The notes beneath the pieces are model-generated. The model was not told the origin of the DNA. It saw nothing but the letters and a program-made list of their open reading frames with translations, and made no database searches. This document shows, piece after piece, positions 16,793 to 21,753 of a stretch of DNA of 21,753 bases. Position numbers and translations under genes: made by a program. The stretch's first letter is position 1. Each line of letters opens with the position of its first letter. The stretch comes from Pseudobdellovibrionaceae bacterium (lineage in GTDB: Bacteria > Bdellovibrionota > Bdellovibrionia > Bdellovibrionales > Bdellovibrionaceae), in NCBI GenBank assembly GCA_039810425.1, contig JBDHWW010000046.1:1-21753 (forward strand), read 5' to 3'.

Positions 16793-17781
16793 AAATTCAT
16801 ATTAAATCCCCAACGCGTGTCGATCTCGCGGGCGGGACCCTGGATCTCTGGCCTTTATATCTCTTTGTCGGCGGCGCGAGCACTGTGAATGTGGCCATTG
16901 ATATATGCACTCATGCGATCATTGAGTCGTTGGATAACGGCCGCGTGATGCTCGAGTCGAAAGATCTGAATTTACAAAAAGACTATAAGAATCTTGCGGA
17001 GGCACTCGGGGACACGGATCCCCGTATGATCTTGCTGCAAACACAGTTGCGTTACTGGCAGCCCAAGCAGGGGTTTAAGTTGACAACTCAATCCGATAGC
17101 CCGGTGGGCGGCGGACTTGGTGGCAGTTCAAGCTTAACGATTTCCATTATGAAGGCTTTTGCGCAGTTCACAGGCCGCCGTTTTAAAGACTGCCACGAGA
17201 TGGTACATACGGCTCACAATATCGAAGCCGAGATTCTGAATGCTCTGACGGGGACACAGGATTATTATCCGGCGGTGAGCGGTGGCTTGAATATTTTGAA
17301 ATACAACTACGACGGTATTACCCAAGAAGTGTTGCCAGTTGAAAACTCTCCGCTCGCTCAACATTTTTTGTTGGTTTACACCGGTAAAACTCACCACTCC
17401 GGAATAAATAATTTTGAAGTGATGAAGGGAGCCGTTGCCAAGGATGCCATCACCATACAAGCTCTCAAAGATATCCGCGCTATTGCAGAAAAAACGGAGA
17501 AAGTCGTTCGTGAGTCCCGCTGGAGCGACCTGCCGGAATTGTTCCGTCAGGAGTTCGCAGCCCGCGTGAGGCTGGCGCCGGCATTTACCAGCCCCGAAAT
17601 TGAAAAGTTGAATGAGCTTTCTTTGCAGAATGGAGCACATGCTGTTAAAATTTGTGGAGCTGGGGGCGGAGGCTGTGTGTTGGTTTGGACCCCCGAAAAC
17701 AAGAAAGAAGGAGTAGCGAGCGCATGCCAAAAAGCCGGGTTTCAAGTCCTCGCAACTCGTCCCGTGAACCCTCTCCAGTAG
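16789..17781 (+). CDS. GHMP-family sugar kinase (HddA / heptose-7-phosphate kinase-like)
   Basis: GTGA overlap; PTRVDLAGGTLD, PVGGGLGGSS, TGTQDYY, KICGAGGGG. Confidence 0.88.
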   Translation: MKIHIKSPTRVDLAGGTLDLWPLYLFVGGASTVNVAIDICTHAIIESLDNGRVMLESKDLNLQKDYKNLAEALGDTDPRMILLQTQLRYWQPKQGFKLTTQSDSPVGGGLGGSSSLTISIMKAFAQFTGRRFKDCHEMVHTAHNIEAEILNALTGTQDYYPAVSGGLNILKYNYDGITQEVLPVENSPLAQHFLLVYTGKTHHSGINNFEVMKGAVAKDAITIQALKDIRAIAEKTEKVVRESRWSDLPELFRQEFAARVRLAPAFTSPEIEKLNELSLQNGAHAVKICGAGGGGCVLVWTPENKKEGVASACQKAGFQVLATRPVNPLQ

Positions 17782-18602
17782 GAGATGTGATCCGCTTTGT
17801 TGGTCTGTCCCTGGGCGGCGGCAAAGCGGACAAAGCATGCATGGCGATTTTGGAGTACTATCCAAAACACCATAAGGTCTTCCTTGCCAAAATCTTTGAG
17901 CGCATCCGGACCGAAGCCGGTATTTCTGCTGATCTGAAAATTCACGAAATCCTTGAACAATATGATGGCATGATTCACTCCCTGGCTGTCGATGCGCCCT
18001 GGAAAGTGCCTTATTGCATGAGCTGCAAGTTGAAATGCCCGGGGTATGAAACTTGCGGGGAGGACCACATCAAGTGGATGTGGGATTACAATAAAGAGCA
18101 CACGGTAAAGAAACGTCCCAAAAAGCTTTTCACTCCATACACTCAGCGAGCGGTGGAGTTGCACTTGGCCACCGAGTTGGAAGAGCCTTTCCAGGTGCCA
18201 AACGCGATGGGCGCCAACGCCGCTCCGCTATTGGCACGGGCTTCTTTTATTTTACGCCGCTTAAATATTCCCGCGATTGAAGTTTATCCGAAGCTTTCGA
18301 TCTGGCGAATTGGCTTGTCGCTGCACGTTTTGAAATCACACTTGCGCTCACACAAGCATGCCGCAGTCGGCGAGGATAGTCGCCGCGGTATTCTAAAAGA
18401 GCTTGGCGAGCACAATGTCGCGTTCGTTTACGATCAGGATCGCCGTCTGATGATTGAAAACAACCATGCCTTTGAAGCGTTCATCTGCGCGATGACGGCG
18501 TTTTTGGAATACAAGGGTCAGACGGAATCGCGCCCTAAAGGCTTCCCGAAAACCGAAGACTGGATTGCATTCCCTAAAGAGCGTATCAACTGGAAGTTCT
18601 AA
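17724..18602 (+). CDS. DUF429-like (RNase H-fold) protein with Cys4 insertion; start uncertain (ATG 17724 or GTG 17787; ORF track 17652)
   Basis: FVGLSL, LAVDAP, IEVYP, FEAFICA follow the DUF429 pattern; AAGGAG at 17708-17713 supports ATG 17724. Confidence 0.7.
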   Translation: MPKSRVSSPRNSSREPSPVGDVIRFVGLSLGGGKADKACMAILEYYPKHHKVFLAKIFERIRTEAGISADLKIHEILEQYDGMIHSLAVDAPWKVPYCMSCKLKCPGYETCGEDHIKWMWDYNKEHTVKKRPKKLFTPYTQRAVELHLATELEEPFQVPNAMGANAAPLLARASFILRRLNIPAIEVYPKLSIWRIGLSLHVLKSHLRSHKHAAVGEDSRRGILKELGEHNVAFVYDQDRRLMIENNHAFEAFICAMTAFLEYKGQTESRPKGFPKTEDWIAFPKERINWKF

Positions 18603-18672
18603 CGTCTGATCAGGTCAAATCCGATTCACTTTAAAAGTTCTATCACCGCCGGCAGGTCCAGCGGCATTGGTT

Positions 18673-19212
18673 TCAATTCTGGCGGTAGAAAGTACCGTAC
18701 AAGTACACAGGAGTTTGTTCCCAGTGGCATATTTGTGCTGGCGGATTACCCGGAGTCCAACTGCATACTTCACGTTGCATGAGATCTCTTAAGATAGAGA
18801 CATTGATACGCAGGCCTTTGTCAGTCTGTTTGAAGCTCAAAAACGCATCACGGCCACGAACCATCAAAGAGCAATCGCCCGCATCGAAGGCGAAAGTCGC
18901 CGAGCTCACGGTTGGATTTTTGTTTTCGCTTTTAATAGTAACGTCCAGCATATTGCCGAATTCTGAGTGGCAGTTGTTGTTCAGGATGTCTTCACCGCGC
19001 TTGTTAACGTAGGTGATAGTGGGCTTGTTACCGTTGAAATCAACGATCAGATTTCCGGGAACACCTTCGAAGGCGCCTTTGTAAGTACCCGCGAGTTTTT
19101 TAGCTTGAGGAAGGTATTGGCTTGGGACTTCGCCGTCGGTGACTTTAAAAGTCTTGCAGCCAGCTAGAGAAAGAAGAGCAAAAGAAACCACGAGTAGTCG
19201 GGTGAGTTTCAT
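18673..19212 (-). CDS. Hypothetical lipoprotein (ORF track start 19245; ATG 19212 preferred)
   Basis: GGAGG SD; lipobox LAG-C; beta-rich with four further Cys. Confidence 0.8.
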   Translation of the reverse strand: MKLTRLLVVSFALLSLAGCKTFKVTDGEVPSQYLPQAKKLAGTYKGAFEGVPGNLIVDFNGNKPTITYVNKRGEDILNNNCHSEFGNMLDVTIKSENKNPTVSSATFAFDAGDCSLMVRGRDAFLSFKQTDKGLRINVSILRDLMQREVCSWTPGNPPAQICHWEQTPVYLYGTFYRQN

Positions 19213-19257
19213 AAAAAAGCCTCCATTTGCAGCAACTATAGTCACAAATAGAGGCTT
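19213..19257 (-). terminator. Intrinsic terminator of the protease gene, overlapping the next gene's RBS
   Basis: Minus strand AAGCCTCTATTTG-N15-CAAATGGAGGCTT running into a T6 tract. Confidence 0.7.
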
Positions 19258-19286
19258 AATTCAATTTCTAAATCGGAACTAAAAAA

Positions 19287-20267
19287 CTACTTGGTAGCTT
19301 TAACAGCAACCTCTTGAACCGCAGGAGCTTGAGAAACTTCAACTTTAGCTTGAGCTAGCCAAGCCATCAACTTTGGAGAAGTGATTTCAGAGTACAATAC
19401 GTACCCGTTGCAACCACGAGTTCCTCGGCTGGTAACACCAAAGAGTTGGTAGCCTTGGTTCGTCTTTACATAAGCAGGACCGCCAGAGTCACCTTCGCAA
19501 GCAGCTTTTCCGTTGCGTTGGTCGAAAGCGATTTCCGTTTCGTTGTAGTTACCAGCAACAACCAGGTCAGTTGTTCTCAAAACGCCAGAACCATCCAGTT
19601 GTTCTTCGTAGCATTTTTCAGCTTTACCATCTTCAGATTGTCCGCAGAAAACTTCGCCGTTAGCTAGTTTTTCTTTGAAGCCTGGGTAAGTCGCTTTGTC
19701 GATTTCGATCAACTTATCGCTGTTCACGCCGTAGCCCGCGACAGTGATTGTTGAACCTTCGGTCAAGACACTGCTGTCAGCCAACAAAGTTGCAGGTTCG
19801 AAGCCCGCCGGAACATCGCCTTGGAATTTTATCAAAGCCGTATCACCCCAAGCTTGAGCGCCAGCACCTTTTTGTTTTTTGCCCCAGTTAGGGTTTACAA
19901 CAGTTTTAACAGCGCGGCGAACTTTAGAGAGAACTAAATTGCGGTCTTGGCTATTAAAAACAGCCTCGAGGTCCGCAGCGAAGATCACGACGTGGTCTTG
20001 CGCATTGGCACCGATGCAGTGAGCCGCCGTCAAAACGATGTTGTTCTCAAGTAATGAACCGGTGCAAAGAGCGTGTTCCTTAGTGTTGTAAAGACCTACG
20101 ATGCTTTTATGAAGTGTAGAGCCTTCAGCAACATTAGTGCCGCCAATGATTGAAGGAGTGCCTGAGGCGTTGATTGCATTAGAAGATGTATTGTTAGCGC
20201 AACCTACAGCCAAAGCCGCGAAAGCTGAAACAACAAGGAGCGAGCTGGAACGTGCTAGTGATTTCAT
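19287..20267 (-). CDS. S1 (trypsin-fold) serine protease lipoprotein (ORF track start 20285; ATG 20267 preferred)
   Basis: Lipobox AVG-C; mature N-terminus IIGG; LTAAHC; GDTALI; CEGDSGGP. Confidence 0.93.
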   Translation of the reverse strand: MKSLARSSSLLVVSAFAALAVGCANNTSSNAINASGTPSIIGGTNVAEGSTLHKSIVGLYNTKEHALCTGSLLENNIVLTAAHCIGANAQDHVVIFAADLEAVFNSQDRNLVLSKVRRAVKTVVNPNWGKKQKGAGAQAWGDTALIKFQGDVPAGFEPATLLADSSVLTEGSTITVAGYGVNSDKLIEIDKATYPGFKEKLANGEVFCGQSEDGKAEKCYEEQLDGSGVLRTTDLVVAGNYNETEIAFDQRNGKAACEGDSGGPAYVKTNQGYQLFGVTSRGTRGCNGYVLYSEITSPKLMAWLAQAKVEVSQAPAVQEVAVKATK

Positions 20268-20496
20268 TTTTTTGATTCCCCCCAAAAAAAGATTAAAAAC
20301 CCCTCAAAGACCTTATAAAAAGTGGACAACAAGTACCCAAGTTGGAACCAGAGGGCAATCATTATTTTGCAGTATTTTTTAATGGGACTCATAAAATTTG
20401 CTTATGGCAACCGAGGGGGAGAACTGGGGCTTGGCAAAGCCTAAACCTCTGGTAATACTAAGGTCTACAGTGTCTATATATATCAGGAGGCCGGAG

Positions 20497-21573
20497 ATGG
20501 CAGATTGGGAACAACGGAGTGAGATCAATTCAGATGTGGTCTTCTTCCCCTATGTACCTGTCGGTCTGGAGAAAAACTCCGAAGAGGTCTTCATTTGGGA
20601 TCTGGATAAGACTTATTTAGACACCACAATTGACTCGCTGCGTGGTCTAATGCAGACAGTTCTGGAGCGCGCCTGGAATAAGCGCAACATCCCGGGCACG
20701 AGCACTCTGATCCGGGCGCTTTCCATGTACCGTGCGAAGCAGAGTGGACAGAAGTACTTCCCCATCTACTTTATCACGGCCTCTCCACCACAGATGGAGG
20801 AGAGGATCTCTGAGAAGTTTTCTATCGATGAGATTCATCCGTTTGGGTCCTTTTACAAAGACAACCTTAAAAATCTCCGCCCGGGACGCTTCTGGCGCCT
20901 GACAAAACAGGTGGGCTACAAGCTTCAAGCATTGATGCAGTTGCGGACGCGCCTTCATCCGAGCGTGCGCCAGATCTGTTGGGGCGATGACAGCGAATCG
21001 GATGCCATCATCTATAATCTCTACTCTGACATCTGTGCCCGCCGTATCGGTCCCCACGAGATACGCAGTATTCTTGAAAAACTTCACGTCACGGGTGAGC
21101 AAGTGGATCAGATTCTCACGTTGCAAGCGCAGGTTTCTGAGAACGACCCAGTGGAGAAGATCTATATAAATCTCGCGACGGATACGGACCCCGATTACTA
21201 TCTCAAATTCGGCCGCAGGACGCTGGCGACCTACAACACTTACCAAGTGGCCCTCGATTTAGTGCAGGATCAGCGCTTGTCGCTGGAAGGTTTCTACGCC
21301 GTGGCTCAGGATATGATTTACAACTACGGCTTTTCTCCTGAAGAGTTGATGAAGAGTTTCGACGAACTCATTCGCCGTGGTGTGATCGGCCAAGCATGCT
21401 ACGACCGCGTTCGCCCGTTTCTCGAAGAGAAGGGCCTGATCTTCCATGATTTTACCCCTTCCATGGCACCGCTTAAAGAAAAGCATGTCATTGACGGCAA
21501 AGTTTTCGAGATGGAAGGCGTCCACGAGCCGTGGGTCCTTGAGCGCGTCGACTACCTCCACGAAAGTCGTTAA
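20497..21573 (+). CDS. HAD-superfamily phosphatase, App1/LNS2 (DUF2183)-like (ORF track start 20398; ATG 20497 preferred)
   Basis: AGGAGG SD; motif I WDLDKT (DxDxT); motif II ITAS; motif III Lys (GYK); motif IV GDDSESD. Confidence 0.8.
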   Translation: MADWEQRSEINSDVVFFPYVPVGLEKNSEEVFIWDLDKTYLDTTIDSLRGLMQTVLERAWNKRNIPGTSTLIRALSMYRAKQSGQKYFPIYFITASPPQMEERISEKFSIDEIHPFGSFYKDNLKNLRPGRFWRLTKQVGYKLQALMQLRTRLHPSVRQICWGDDSESDAIIYNLYSDICARRIGPHEIRSILEKLHVTGEQVDQILTLQAQVSENDPVEKIYINLATDTDPDYYLKFGRRTLATYNTYQVALDLVQDQRLSLEGFYAVAQDMIYNYGFSPEELMKSFDELIRRGVIGQACYDRVRPFLEEKGLIFHDFTPSMAPLKEKHVIDGKVFEMEGVHEPWVLERVDYLHESR

Positions 21574-21577
21574 CCTC

Positions 21578-21630
21578 AAAAAAAAGACCTGGCCAAAGAT
21601 CTTGCTACCAAGGTGTTGCGGCCTGGACCT
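21578..21630 (-). terminator. Possible terminator of a convergent transcript
   Basis: Imperfect stem (GGCC..ACCTTG-gtag-CAAGAT..GGCC) followed by a T-run on the minus strand (A-run 21578-21585). Confidence 0.3.
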
Positions 21631-21702
21631 GCGTCCTGTTCAAGTTAAAATTCAAGAGCACTCTTCAAAAATTAACAAACCTCCATATCCACATGCCTGG
21701 CG

Positions 21703-21753
21703 TTATGACTTTCGCGATTTGACGACTTCGTAGGTGCTGGGAGCGGTTTTGAA
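21703..21753 (-). CDS. Possible 3' end of a gene entering from the right edge
   Basis: Open frame FKTAPSTYEVVKSRKS* ending with TAA at 21703; too short to confirm. Confidence 0.3.
   Translation of the reverse strand, partial: FKTAPSTYEVVKSRKS

Noticed and set aside
18652..21632. 10-bp inverted match GCAGGTCCAG (18652-18661) / CTGGACCTGC (21623-21632) in two convergent intergenic regions
   Set aside because: A single 10-mer match is within chance expectation, the flanks do not align, and no recombinase is present.
1882..21733. Numerous antisense or out-of-frame ORFs in the track (e.g. 2284-2751, 17134-17865, 20647-21246, 21446-21733)
   Set aside because: They shadow well-supported genes and have no motifs or RBS.

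Overview
Bacterial chromosomal window whose gene content suggests Bdellovibrionota (TIGR02147/DUF4423 protein, GldAFG-DUF4340 ABC system, lipoprotein S1 protease, many Cys-rich lipoproteins); this assignment is an inference. Left to right: (1) a ~770-bp non-coding region holding an array of pentaloop hairpins; (2) a Cys-rich lipoprotein; (3) a phosphate locus (ppx, divergent OprO/P-like porin, phoU-phoB-phoR) followed by an RsmB/NOP-family m5C methyltransferase resembling NSUN3/4; (4) a TIGR02147 + lipoprotein / beta-propeller lipoprotein module; (5) a small hypothetical gene and a divergent NFACT (RqcH-like) gene; (6) a tightly coupled gldA-gldF-gldG-DUF4340-GHMP kinase-DUF429-like operon; (7) a lipoprotein, an S1 protease and a HAD/App1-like phosphatase. 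The most striking observation is at 197-361: two head-to-head ~72-nt units with the same three-hairpin architecture and GGA loops but largely different stem sequences, inside a strongly strand-skewed region. All family calls are from motif recognition; no database searches were run.
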